Shown: positions 29,162 through 37,535 of the stretch, piece after piece
Numbering within the stretch: position 1 is the first letter of the stretch
How the letters are laid out: the number at the start of each line of letters is the position of its first letter
IMG/VR virus record: IMGVR_UViG_3300032243_000799
Coordinates: 1 to 62,089 of that record
DNA length: 62,089 bases
Reading direction: 5' to 3' (one strand)
DNA from: a virus
Taxonomy: Duplodnaviria; Caudoviricetes
Position numbers and translations under genes: made by a program
Notes under the pieces: generated by a model
What the model saw: only the letters and a program-made list of their open reading frames with translations
Database searches by the model: none
Told to the model about the DNA's origin: nothing

Positions 29162-29364
29162 ACTTAATTAATTGTGGCCTTTTCGTTATCGTAACTATGG
29201 TTGTAATGGTTTGCTTTGCGGAAATCTTTCTCATGTTGTGGGACGGGATTGACCGATATATGACTAGGCGAGCAGATTACAAGATGATGAGCCAGTATGT
29301 GGAAAACCCTGTGGTTATGATTAATGAAAAGGGTGAAGAATACTGGGTGGGTTACTCTAAATAA
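29158..29364 (+). CDS. Small membrane protein
   Basis: Hydrophobic N-terminus; ATGA-coupled. Confidence 0.6.
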   Translation: MNLINCGLFVIVTMVVMVCFAEIFLMLWDGIDRYMTRRADYKMMSQYVENPVVMINEKGEEYWVGYSK

Positions 29365-29565
29365 AAGAAAGGATTCCAGGGATGGTATTAACAATTGACG
29401 GATTTAGTTTTAGCCTTGGTTGTATTGCTACTATTTGTGCTGTTTATTTTGTAAGTGATCTGGTTTTTACTAGGGAGAGTGAAAATGAACGCGACGAATT
29501 CTGAGAGAGTTTTTCTTTTGGCATCATTTTTGCTGGGGTGTGCATTGACTATTTTGATGTTGTGA

Positions 29566-29647
29566 CCTAAACCCTTGCAACTAAAGGACTTAGGGCGAGG
29601 GAGCGGCGCCCCGCGAATCGTAAGTGCTTATGCCACAAGTACTTAGA
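29566..29647. repeat. 82-bp element A3
   Basis: CCTAAACCCTTGCAACTAAAGGACTTAGG + 24 bp + CGTAAGTGCTTATGCCACAAGTACTTAGA. Confidence 0.92.
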
Positions 29648-29659
29648 GATAATGCTGAC

Positions 29660-29674
29660 GCAAAAGCTGTGCCG
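29660..29674 (-). promoter_or_regulatory. Sigma54-type box
   Basis: Minus strand CGGCACA-GCTT-TTGC, starting 13 nt after element A3. Confidence 0.5.
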
Positions 29675-29785
29675 CAAAAATATTTCTGGTTTGGCACAGA
29701 ATTATATTTTGAATTTCTCAAAGAATCCTCTTGCGTTGGCCGATAATTAGTGTAGACTAAGAGCATCACAACGGAGAACAGTATC

Positions 29786-29974
29786 ATGTTGAACGATTTC
29801 GATGATGTGAACCGTCTGCTGTCTGAGATGCGTGACGAGGGATTGGTCGAGCCGATTGACGATTCCACCCTCAATGTCGATTTTTGGGATTGGGCCGATG
29901 TGGTCGGAATTGTGGATGAGTTTGAACCGCAAGAGATGGTTGACGAGAGCGGCGAAGTGTGGTATGTTTCTTGA
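29786..29974 (+). CDS. Acidic early protein
   Basis: GGAG SD; D/E-rich. Confidence 0.7.
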   Translation: MLNDFDDVNRLLSEMRDEGLVEPIDDSTLNVDFWDWADVVGIVDEFEPQEMVDESGEVWYVS

Positions 29975-29987
29975 GAGGAGATAGTCG

Positions 29988-30251
29988 ATGAGTCACCCAG
30001 ACCCCTTGTTCGATCCCGATAACTCTTATGAGGATGATGACATGGAATACCATGACGATAGCACAGATATCAATTATGACGATCACAACGATTTCCACGC
30101 CGATGAAAATTGGTGGGCGGATAGGGCAGAGGACGATGCCGACGAATATGATGACAATATGGATGGAGATCACGATTCATCAATGGATTCTATTGGTTGG
30201 GGAGACGATGATAGTCTGGCATATGGTGGTGTCGGTTACGAGGATTGGTGA
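29988..30251 (+). CDS. Extremely Asp-rich protein (87 aa)
   Basis: GAGGAG SD; DGDHDSSMDSIGWGDD C-terminus. Confidence 0.75.
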   Translation: MSHPDPLFDPDNSYEDDDMEYHDDSTDINYDDHNDFHADENWWADRAEDDADEYDDNMDGDHDSSMDSIGWGDDDSLAYGGVGYEDW

Positions 30252-30256
30252 TATTT

Positions 30257-30547
30257 ATGGAAACTGAAAATATCAAAAATTGGATTTCTAACTTTTTCAC
30301 TAAGGATAATAAGATGACGAAGATTGTTGTGACGCATACGGATACTTTTGGTGGCGAGCCTAATTTTGGTTGGGTGAAGCGTTACGAGTTTCCGATTAAT
30401 AGTGGGGCTTCTCAGCGTAATATTGTGCGTCGGGCTAAGTTTCTCGCCGGTATGACTGGTGTTAAGGCTGACACTTATGATTATGGTGACGGCTATACCG
30501 TTAAGCCTCGCGGATATCACCAAGTCATTTTTGTTGATTTTGAGTGA
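30257..30547 (+). CDS. Early hypothetical protein
   Basis: TDTFGGEPNFGWVKR motif; start uncertain. Confidence 0.65.
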   Translation: METENIKNWISNFFTKDNKMTKIVVTHTDTFGGEPNFGWVKRYEFPINSGASQRNIVRRAKFLAGMTGVKADTYDYGDGYTVKPRGYHQVIFVDFE

Positions 30548-30684
30548 CAATCAACTCGCCGGTGAACCTTGCGGAAATGAAAGAGTATTGGCTCGAAAAT
30601 TTTTCTCAAGTGGGTACTTGACACTTGTCGATAATAGTGTAGAATTGGTGGTATAAGGGTTTGATTTCTAACTGAAAGGGTTTT

Positions 30685-31095
30685 ATGAACGACGTAGTTT
30701 TGATTGGTGGTATTTTTGCGGCTGTGGTGTGTGGTCTTCTGGCCTTTAGCCTTTTCCATATCTATCGTGGTGTTCACGGTAGTCTGGCGAATGCTCAGGT
30801 TGGTGAGGTTTATAATTTTGAATATCTGCAACCGCATCATGGTGATCCGGTTAGGATTCTTGCTAGGGTGATTGAGCCGGTTTATACTTTGGATAAGTCT
30901 TCTATCGAGAGACTGAATCGACGCAGTGGTTATCGTAAGAACGATTCGCAGTTCAAGAGGACTAATCATCTTGTAACATGTGAGACTCCTGATGGTTCTA
31001 TCCGACAGTTTTATGCTGAACGTGCTCGTAACATTCGCAGGCCATTGCTTGCAGGGCTGCTCTTCCGTACAGGTACTGCACATCTGTTCGCGTGA
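30685..31095 (+). CDS. Membrane-anchored early protein
   Basis: N-terminal TM helix; own promoter at 30618-30645. Confidence 0.7.
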   Translation: MNDVVLIGGIFAAVVCGLLAFSLFHIYRGVHGSLANAQVGEVYNFEYLQPHHGDPVRILARVIEPVYTLDKSSIERLNRRSGYRKNDSQFKRTNHLVTCETPDGSIRQFYAERARNIRRPLLAGLLFRTGTAHLFA

Positions 31096-31123
31096 ACAAT
31101 AGTTCAGTTCGGCTAAACCCGGC

Positions 31124-31205
31124 TCTAAGTTGTTGCCCCACAACGACTTAGGGTTTGGGGGCGCCGCCGGATTCGCCGTAAGTGCTTATACCACAACGCT
31201 TTACG
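31124..31205. repeat. 82-bp element A4
   Basis: TCTAAGTTGTTGCCCCACAACGACTTAGG + 24 bp + CGTAAGTGCTTATACCACAACGCTTTACG. Confidence 0.92.
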
Positions 31206-31266
31206 TTTAAAAAGATTTTTTCAAGACTGTCCTTGACTCTATCCGATAATACTGTAGACTAAGAGT

Positions 31267-31431
31267 ATGAATACTAACTACTGCTACTCCGGATATTCGT
31301 GGCGTGTTTTTCAGCATAACCGATTTGTGGGTTATGTAGTGGCTATGAGCGAACTGGACGCTCTGCGTAAGGCCAAAGAAAAGTTTGGATCGTATCTCTG
31401 GGTAGAGCGGATTGTTGACTGTTCCACGTAA
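31267..31431 (+). CDS. Early protein (54 aa), probably leaderless
   Basis: ATG 6 nt after the TAGACT -10; its stop is the TAA of a family B motif. Confidence 0.6.
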   Translation: MNTNYCYSGYSWRVFQHNRFVGYVVAMSELDALRKAKEKFGSYLWVERIVDCST

Positions 31432-31465
31432 TCCTTCGGATTTGGCTGGTTTGGCTGTAGTCAGT
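31429..31465. repeat. Family B motif copy 2
   Basis: TAATCC-TTC-GGATTT-N14-TAGTCAGT. Confidence 0.85.
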
Positions 31466-31528
31466 CAGAAATCGGTGGTCTTGACAAGTCGTACTCTATA
31501 AGATAAAATCTTAGCAAAGGAGAGAGAT

Positions 31529-32035
31529 ATGCCTAACTGGTGTTTGAATAATTTGACCATTGAGCATGAAGATCGGTCTAAGGTTATGGAGTTTGTCCAC
31601 GCCTATAAAGAGGGTAAGGTTTGTGACCATTATCTTCCTGTACCAAAGGATGAAAAGGGCGAACTTATTACTGATGAATCTAGTTCTAATTATTGGTATA
31701 CATGGTGCATAAATAACTGGGGAACAAAGTGGGATATTGGTAGTGATAATAATGAGGTTCATGGGCTGAATCCTACAGTGGTTGGTAATCAGGCTACTAT
31801 GAGTTTTGATAGTGCATGGAATCCTCCTATTAGGCTGTATGAGAAACTGCACGAACTTGGATTTAGTGTTGAGGCTACCTATTTTGAGCCGGGTATGGGA
31901 TACTGTGGACTATTCCGAGACGGAGAAGATAATTATACTGAGTATAATAGCAAAGATATGATTCCTAAGCGTATTTGGGATGACTATAATCTTGATGAGT
32001 TTTTTAGTGATGATGAAGAAAAAGTAGAAGCATAA
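31529..32035 (+). CDS. DUF1281/YubB/Api92-like ferredoxin-fold protein
   Basis: MPNWCxN...WYxWCxxNWGTKWD...FDSAWNPP...YFEPGMGYCG. Confidence 0.8.
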   Translation: MPNWCLNNLTIEHEDRSKVMEFVHAYKEGKVCDHYLPVPKDEKGELITDESSSNYWYTWCINNWGTKWDIGSDNNEVHGLNPTVVGNQATMSFDSAWNPPIRLYEKLHELGFSVEATYFEPGMGYCGLFRDGEDNYTEYNSKDMIPKRIWDDYNLDEFFSDDEEKVEA

Positions 32036-32046
32036 GTGCGGCCCGC

Positions 32047-32128
32047 TCTAAGTTCTTTGCCCAAGGGGACTTAGGGTGGGTTTGCCCCGCCAAAATTGTC
32101 CTAACTCCTTATGCCGCAATCACTTGCA
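32047..32128. repeat. 82-bp element A5
   Basis: TCTAAGTTCTTTGCCCAAGGGGACTTAGG + 24 bp + CCTAACTCCTTATGCCGCAATCACTTGCA. Confidence 0.88.
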
Positions 32129-32156
32129 TCAAAAAATATTTTTTCAAGAAACCCTC

Positions 32157-32185
32157 TTGACAGTGCCGATAATAGATAGTAGAAT
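32157..32185 (+). promoter_or_regulatory. Sigma70-type promoter with CCGATA in the spacer (representative of a family)
   Basis: TTGACA-gtgCCGATAatagatag-TAGAAT; near-identical copies at 34972, 35721, 39872, 50027, 57138. Confidence 0.85.
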
Positions 32186-32204
32186 GGTAGAACAGGAGAA
32201 AAAT

Positions 32205-32459
32205 ATGATTGGCTTTACTAGATATTGTTTGACTGATAATGTGCGTAGGGTTGTGGAAGGTGATAATCTGACTTTTTCTGGATATACGTCTAGCGATAGG
32301 CCGTTTATTATTACGGTAAAGTTGAGTGATGCTAATGAATGGCTGAATGGTGGACTGATCCAGAGTTGCTTTCCGTATCTGGATTCTGAACAGCGTGAGA
32401 TTCTGATGACGGGTAATGATAATGAGGCTTGGGCAAGTATGTTTGGGGAGGGTGAGTAA
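32205..32459 (+). CDS. Early hypothetical protein
   Basis: AGGAG SD; LIQSCFPYLDSEQREILMTG motif. Confidence 0.7.
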   Translation: MIGFTRYCLTDNVRRVVEGDNLTFSGYTSSDRPFIITVKLSDANEWLNGGLIQSCFPYLDSEQREILMTGNDNEAWASMFGEGE

Positions 32460-32629
32460 TGAGCGATCCATATTGGACATTTCCGCAGTTTCCTGAGAAT
32501 GATAGTTGGGAAGTTCGATATTTGTGTTGGCGAGCATGTGGTGAAACTAGAGAACAAAGCACAAGACTATCTAATGAAGGCTATATGCCTGCTAGTTGGT
32601 GGATGCTTTATAGAAATGATGGGAAGTAG
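32459..32629 (+). CDS. Early hypothetical protein (56 aa)
   Basis: TAATG coupling. Confidence 0.5.
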   Translation: MSDPYWTFPQFPENDSWEVRYLCWRACGETREQSTRLSNEGYMPASWWMLYRNDGK

Positions 32630-32631
32630 AA

Positions 32632-32856
32632 ATGACTGTTAACGAACTTATTGAGCAGTTGAAGAGTTATCCTGGCGATATGAGGGTATTGACTCTTGGG
32701 TATGAGGGTGGGTTTAATGAACTTAGCCTGAGAACTGAGGATATTGTATTCAATGTGAACGATGAAGATAAATGGTATTATGGCCCTCATGAGTGTGTTA
32801 AGTATACTAATAGTGATATTAGTATGAAATGTGTGATTGTAGGGAGGGAAAGATGA
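32632..32856 (+). CDS. Conserved small phage protein
   Basis: MTVNELIEQLKSYPGDMRV...GYEGG. Confidence 0.7.
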   Translation: MTVNELIEQLKSYPGDMRVLTLGYEGGFNELSLRTEDIVFNVNDEDKWYYGPHECVKYTNSDISMKCVIVGRER

Positions 32857-33147
32857 TCTATCTTAATCTTAATGATATTGAGCGGTTGGCCGAAATTGTG
32901 GCCGAACTGGTTAAGTTGGATATGACTGTGGTTGCTGAGTTGAAGGGAACTAAGTGGAGTATTGAGGTGACTAAATGAGCAATGAAATAAACTATGGTGA
33001 TTGGTGTGATGATTGGGCTTGGTATTGTGATCCATTTAAGTATGAACGAGTAGCATCATATTGTTGTTGTCCTGAAGAAACAGAAGCTGTTCTCAAGGGC
33101 GAAGTTTGGGACGGTAAAACTAAGTATATGATTAATAGATCGGAAGG

Positions 33148-33414
33148 TTGAGTATGGAATGGATTAGTTTTTTCGGCCCACGGCGTCCTATTAATGGACA
33201 GAAGGTATACTACTTTGGGCCAGATGTTGGCGTGTGGCAGGGAAGGTATGAGATTCATAGGGATGATCCTGTTAGTGAACATATTTTAATTTGTGAAGAA
33301 AGTCCCGGTATTGTTGATAGGATGGACGCTCCATACTGGCAACCGTATGAAGGGCAACCTAAACCAGAACGACCAGTAACCGACTATCCAAAGGATTATC
33401 CGTCTTATGAATAA
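33148..33414 (+). CDS. Early hypothetical protein (DUF551-like)
   Basis: MEWISF...YWQPY pattern. Confidence 0.55.
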   Translation: MSMEWISFFGPRRPINGQKVYYFGPDVGVWQGRYEIHRDDPVSEHILICEESPGIVDRMDAPYWQPYEGQPKPERPVTDYPKDYPSYE

Positions 33415-33560
33415 AAATCAGGCTATGATTCATATTATCAACTTTCTCAACTCTCGTATGAGTGCAATGAGTAAGAGTAATGTGGATAAGGTAAAAGAGT
33501 TGATTGGACTACATGAAATTTCAGCAAGTGAACTTGTGAATAAATATGTGGAGTTAGTTC

Positions 33561-33698
33561 GTGAAAACTCTTAGTGACATTTGCGACTGTGGTAACTGTA
33601 GAGAAACGCTTTATACTGTGGATAAGTATGGGATCGTATGGAGTTTGTGCGGCGATTGTGGCTGGTGGTACATAAGTTACCGCTACATAAGCACTTAG
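33561..33698 (+). CDS. Small Cys-rich zinc-finger-like protein (45 aa)
   Basis: GTG start after GGAG; CDCGNC...CGDC; its stop TAG lies inside element A6. Confidence 0.45.
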   Translation: MKTLSDICDCGNCRETLYTVDKYGIVWSLCGDCGWWYISYRYIST

Positions 33699-33752
33699 GA
33701 CGAATCCGCGGGGCAATTGTTGACCTAACTCCTTATACCACAATACTTTACG
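33671..33752. repeat. 82-bp element A6
   Basis: CATAAGTTACCGCTACATAAGCACTTAGG + 24 bp + CCTAACTCCTTATACCACAATACTTTACG. Confidence 0.88.
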
Positions 33753-33810
33753 TTCAAAAAAATATTTTTCAAGAAATCTCTTGACTAGGCCGATAATAGA
33801 GATATACTTA

Positions 33811-33900
33811 GGAGGCAAGGCTTGGGGATAGCCACAATGATATCAAAAGAGGCTATCTGAAATGTTGGTCGAGTATGGCGGAAGCCAGCCTTGTTTCTCC
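33811..33900 (+). ncRNA. Candidate structured small RNA
   Basis: Promoter at 33781-33808 and no evident ORF; closing stem GGAGGCAAGGCT/AGCCTTGTTTCTCC, inner GATAGCC/GGCTATC and TGGC-GGAA-GCCA. Confidence 0.5.
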
Positions 33901-33937
33901 TAATCCTTCGGATTTGGGCTGGATGGGTATAGTCAGC
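33901..33937. repeat. Family B motif copy 3
   Basis: TAATCC-TTC-GGATTT-N14-TAGTCAGC. Confidence 0.85.
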
Positions 33938-33987
33938 GAAAGTCTGGTGGTCTTGACAAGAGTTGGTCGATAAGGTATAGTAGTAGC

Positions 33988-34476
33988 ATGAAACAAAACA
34001 AACTACATGGCGAAGTTCGATTTCACCTGAGTAATGGCCAGCATTATATGCACTGGCAAATAAAGGTTAAGCAGGGTGGAGAAACTGTTGACGTATACTA
34101 CGTTGACCCCAAAAAATATCAATTGGAAATGAGGGGTTGTAAGTTGTGGAATAGGCCGAATAAGGCAAAACAAGTATTTGAAGCCGGTGTGCATGATGTG
34201 AGTGGGTGGGTAAGGTGTGAGGAGGTAATGCTTAGGAAAGATTTTTATCCTGCACTACCTATTGACAATCTTGAGAAGTTGTATTATAATCCACTTCGTG
34301 ACCCACACTGGCGACGAGAAAGTGACAATAACGAATTCATTTGGGATAACTATGAGTTTGATACTCTCATTACTGATGGTAAACAGGTATATGTCCTAGA
34401 AGAACGAAACGGAAATTTTGACGGTATTTACGAGATCGAACCTAAATATACAGAAAGTTTTGGAATATATGATTAA
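33988..34476 (+). CDS. Early hypothetical protein
   Basis: 162 aa; VRFHLSNGQHYMHWQIK; near-leaderless after its promoter. Confidence 0.7.
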   Translation: MKQNKLHGEVRFHLSNGQHYMHWQIKVKQGGETVDVYYVDPKKYQLEMRGCKLWNRPNKAKQVFEAGVHDVSGWVRCEEVMLRKDFYPALPIDNLEKLYYNPLRDPHWRRESDNNEFIWDNYEFDTLITDGKQVYVLEERNGNFDGIYEIEPKYTESFGIYD

Positions 34477-34849
34477 GTTGGAACTGACGGTGCGTGAGGC
34501 TCTGAATCTGGCTACCAGTTGGGCGTATAACAACGATGTGGAACTGTACCACAAGATCGTGAACGCCTTTGAGATGAAATTGGGCGTGAACCAGAACCGT
34601 GTGGTTACTATCACGGGTGGAATGAGTACCGATAACCGTATCGCTTGTATTAAGGCTGTGAGGCTTTGGACGGGTTGGGGCTTGAAGGAATCGAAAGATT
34701 GGACGGATGGTATGGTGGGACGATACGATGAGAGCGGATTCTGGCGTAATGGTGGTAATAGGATTTCTATTACTCTTAAGACTCCCGATGCGGCTGAAAA
34801 TCTGCTGCGTGATCTGGTCGCTTTGGGTTGTGAGGGTTTTCTCTCATAG
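34469..34849 (+). CDS. Protein with ribosomal bL12 (L7/L12) C-terminal-like domain
   Basis: RIACIKAVRLWTGWGLKESKDW matches KIxxIKxVRxxTGLGLKEAKD; ends AENLLRDLVALG. Confidence 0.75.
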   Translation: MIKLELTVREALNLATSWAYNNDVELYHKIVNAFEMKLGVNQNRVVTITGGMSTDNRIACIKAVRLWTGWGLKESKDWTDGMVGRYDESGFWRNGGNRISITLKTPDAAENLLRDLVALGCEGFLS

Positions 34850-34931
34850 CCTAAACCCTTGTCCCTAAAGCACTTAGGGCGAGGGCGCGGGGCAAAATTT
34901 GACGTAAGTGCTTATGCCACAATGACTTAGA
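34850..34931. repeat. 82-bp element A7
   Basis: CCTAAACCCTTGTCCCTAAAGCACTTAGG + 24 bp + CGTAAGTGCTTATGCCACAATGACTTAGA; starts immediately after a stop codon. Confidence 0.92.
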
Positions 34932-35131
34932 ATCAATTTTGGAAATCTCAAAAAAAGATTCACGAGACACCTTGACAATGACGATACTATACTGTAGAAT
35001 GATAGAACACGACGCAAGACGCTGCCACGATGCCAACAGCATAAACCTTCATGGCACTCTTGACAAGTGGGTATCAGTAACGTATACTGGTACTGTAACG
35101 ATTGGAATGTAACCTTTTGGAGATTGTAACC

Positions 35132-35380
35132 ATGAAGAAGTTTAGTTTTGTTGTTGATGTTGTGGCTGACGAACTTGATCGTGACGGTGTTGTGGATTCG
35201 ATTCGTTCTTGTCTGACCGATGCTCTGCCGGGTGACGTTCATGCGAATGTCAAGGCTGGAGAAGTCAAGGCTTTTAGCGAGCAGGGCTATAAGGTTTGGC
35301 GGGCTCGCGTGACGGGTGTTACTGCCGAGCAGGCCGGTGATGCTCACAATGCAAAGGTGGAAGTGGAAGCGACTGCCTGA
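35132..35380 (+). CDS. Early hypothetical protein
   Basis: GGAG SD, MKKFSFVVDV... Confidence 0.7.
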   Translation: MKKFSFVVDVVADELDRDGVVDSIRSCLTDALPGDVHANVKAGEVKAFSEQGYKVWRARVTGVTAEQAGDAHNAKVEVEATA

Positions 35381-35453
35381 CTTAACTAAACTGGACTATG
35401 CCAGTATAAATAGATTTTAGGCATAGTGCGGCGGGATAATTCCCGCGTAATGA

Positions 35454-35525
35454 GGCCCCGTAGTTCAATGGATAGAATAAGTGACTTCTAATCTCTAGAT
35501 GTAGGTTCGATTCCTGCCGGGGCTA
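35454..35525 (+). tRNA. tRNA-Arg(TCT)
   Basis: Acceptor GGCCCCG/CGGGGCT, anticodon loop CTTCTAA, GTTCGAT T-loop. Confidence 0.88.
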
Positions 35526-35531
35526 TTTTTA

Positions 35532-35605
35532 GGGAGCGTAGATCAATTGGTTAGATCGCCAGCCTGTCACGCTGGAGGTTGCGGGTTCAAGTCCCGTCGC
35601 TCTCG
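35532..35605 (+). tRNA. tRNA-Asp(GTC)
   Basis: GGGAGCG/CGCTCTC, CCAGC-CTGTCAC-GCTGG. Confidence 0.92.
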
Positions 35606-35610
35606 TTAAA

Positions 35611-35692
35611 CGTAAAGTGTTGTCACTCAACAACTTAGGACGAATTTGCGGGGCCATTTTTGACGTAAGTGCTTACCCCACAACGACTTGCA
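35611..35692. repeat. 82-bp element A8
   Basis: CGTAAAGTGTTGTCACTCAACAACTTAGG + 24 bp + CGTAAGTGCTTACCCCACAACGACTTGCA. Confidence 0.9.
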
Positions 35693-35771
35693 TCAAAAAA
35701 TAATTTTTCAAGAAAACGGATTGACAGTGCCGATATTTTAGTGTAGAATCGAGAGACACGCTAGGAGAAGC

Positions 35772-36479
35772 ATGATGAAAACGGCAGACGGTAACGATAA
35801 GTTGGGTAAGGGTTGTATTGTAGTTTCGCGTCCCGTGGGTGATACTTGCCCTAGTGACTGCGATTATCTTAACAACGGATGCTATGCTGAGGCTACAGAG
35901 AATCAGTATAAAAATGCCCGTGTCGCAGGGTTCGCTAATGTTATCACGGAGAAAAACAAAGTCCGTGCTATGATTCTGGAAGCCAAGCGTCGTGAGAAGT
36001 CTATTCGCTGGCATGAACGTGGTGACTGGTTTCTCAACGGTGAACTTGACACCGACTATGTTGCTAATGTAACGTGGGCGTGTGAGAGTATTCTGGCCGA
36101 TGGAAACACTCTGCCCGATATGTGGTTTTATACTCATATCTATGATAGTCGGCTTGTATCACTGGAAAAGTATATGAATGTATATGCCAGTGTGCATGAT
36201 GATAACGATATGAAAGATGCCGCTGCACAAGGCTTCAAACTGTTCGCATGGTGTGATAGTGATATGAAAATTGCACCCAAGCGTCCTAAGAGCAAGGCAA
36301 AAGCCGAGGCTTGGCGTAAAGCATTGCCCAAACTGGTCGTGCTGAACGATGCAAAGTTTGTGGTTTGCCCCGAGATTCGTCGTGGTCGATCTGTTATCAC
36401 TTGCACCGGCACGAAAGATAGTATCAGTTGTGATCTCTGCGTAAGAGGATTAGCCAACGTATTATTTCCTTCCCATTGA
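35772..36479 (+). CDS. Gp88-like Cys-rich protein
   Basis: GNDKLG...TCPSDC...CYA...IRWHERGDW...WFYTH...CP...CDLC. Confidence 0.7.
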   Translation: MMKTADGNDKLGKGCIVVSRPVGDTCPSDCDYLNNGCYAEATENQYKNARVAGFANVITEKNKVRAMILEAKRREKSIRWHERGDWFLNGELDTDYVANVTWACESILADGNTLPDMWFYTHIYDSRLVSLEKYMNVYASVHDDNDMKDAAAQGFKLFAWCDSDMKIAPKRPKSKAKAEAWRKALPKLVVLNDAKFVVCPEIRRGRSVITCTGTKDSISCDLCVRGLANVLFPSH

Positions 36480-36529
36480 GATTTTGGTGTATATACTAGT
36501 GGGCTTTAACTCACTAGGAGATATACACT

Positions 36530-37090
36530 ATGAAACATACTAATATAAGTCAATATATAAGAGCAAATAAGGATGAATTTAAACAACATATTTTAAATAG
36601 AAAAACAGAAAAAGAATTATCTGAAATATATGGTTGTTCTAATGCAACAATCATAGCAATGAAAAAAGAGTTAAAGTTACAATCAGGAGATTTATTTAAA
36701 GAAAATAGATTTAACCATAAATCTGACATAACACACTGTAAAAGTTGTGATCAAAAAAGCAAAAAAAATACTTGTTCTAAGTGCGTACAAAAAAGATCAA
36801 ATATAGCTAAAAAAGAACTATTAGTTGAAAAGGCTGGTGGAAAATGCATTAAGTGTGGATATAAAGAATGTATAGCCGCCTTGGACTTTCATCATATTGA
36901 CCCTAAAACTAAAGAAATAAATCTTAATACAAATTTAAATATAGACATTAAATTAAAAGAAATAAAAAAATGTGTTTTGCTATGCTGTCGATGTCATAGA
37001 GAACTGCACTGGCAAGAGACTATTGACTTTGTTCAAGCAAACAGATACGCTATAGACAAGACGAAAGAAAGATTGTTTCCTGCTCACTAA
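36530..37090 (+). CDS. HNH homing endonuclease (AT-rich insertion)
   Basis: GGKCIKCGY...ALDFHHIDP...KCVLLCCRCHRELH. Confidence 0.85.
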   Translation: MKHTNISQYIRANKDEFKQHILNRKTEKELSEIYGCSNATIIAMKKELKLQSGDLFKENRFNHKSDITHCKSCDQKSKKNTCSKCVQKRSNIAKKELLVEKAGGKCIKCGYKECIAALDFHHIDPKTKEINLNTNLNIDIKLKEIKKCVLLCCRCHRELHWQETIDFVQANRYAIDKTKERLFPAH

Positions 37091-37101
37091 AAGGTATTAA
37101 A

Positions 37102-37362
37102 ATGGCTAAGTATTATATTAAGTGTGGAAGTTTGGAACTAATCTACTCTTGCAATAAAAAGCCTATGGCAGCGGCTGCTGATGCACTGTGGGAAACAAAT
37201 GAGTATGATACTCTAGATGAATACTTTTATGTAGATGAGCGTGGATTTAAAACCTATGCTAATGCTTTGCCGGATACCAAAGTTTATCCTATTGACAAAG
37301 TTATGAAAAAGGGCGGATGGACTATGGAAAAGAAAAACGACGACAATTGTGAAGGAAAGTGA
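37102..37362 (+). CDS. Early hypothetical protein
   Basis: MAKYYIKCGSL...YVDERGF. Confidence 0.7.
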   Translation: MAKYYIKCGSLELIYSCNKKPMAAAADALWETNEYDTLDEYFYVDERGFKTYANALPDTKVYPIDKVMKKGGWTMEKKNDDNCEGK

Positions 37363-37368
37363 ACTAAC

Positions 37369-37450
37369 CGCAAACCCTTGGTGCGTAAGCACTTAGGGCT
37401 AGCGGGGCCGCCCCGGCTGATCCTAAGTCCTTTAGCAGCAACAACTTAGA
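37369..37450. repeat. 82-bp element A9
   Basis: CGCAAACCCTTGGTGCGTAAGCACTTAGG + 24 bp + CCTAAGTCCTTTAGCAGCAACAACTTAGA. Confidence 0.9.
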
Positions 37451-37535
37451 GAAAAAAGATTTTTTCAAGTTTCTGCTACGGATGGTCGATAATATAGATA
37501 TGGAACGAGAGAAGGTCTTGACAAAAGGTGGAAAC

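Noticed and set aside
35001-35060. Possible small RNA after the promoter at 34972 (TGCCA..TGGCA stem), and hairpins at 35386-35446
   Set aside because: The pairing is short and could simply be leader or tRNA-precursor structure; support is insufficient.
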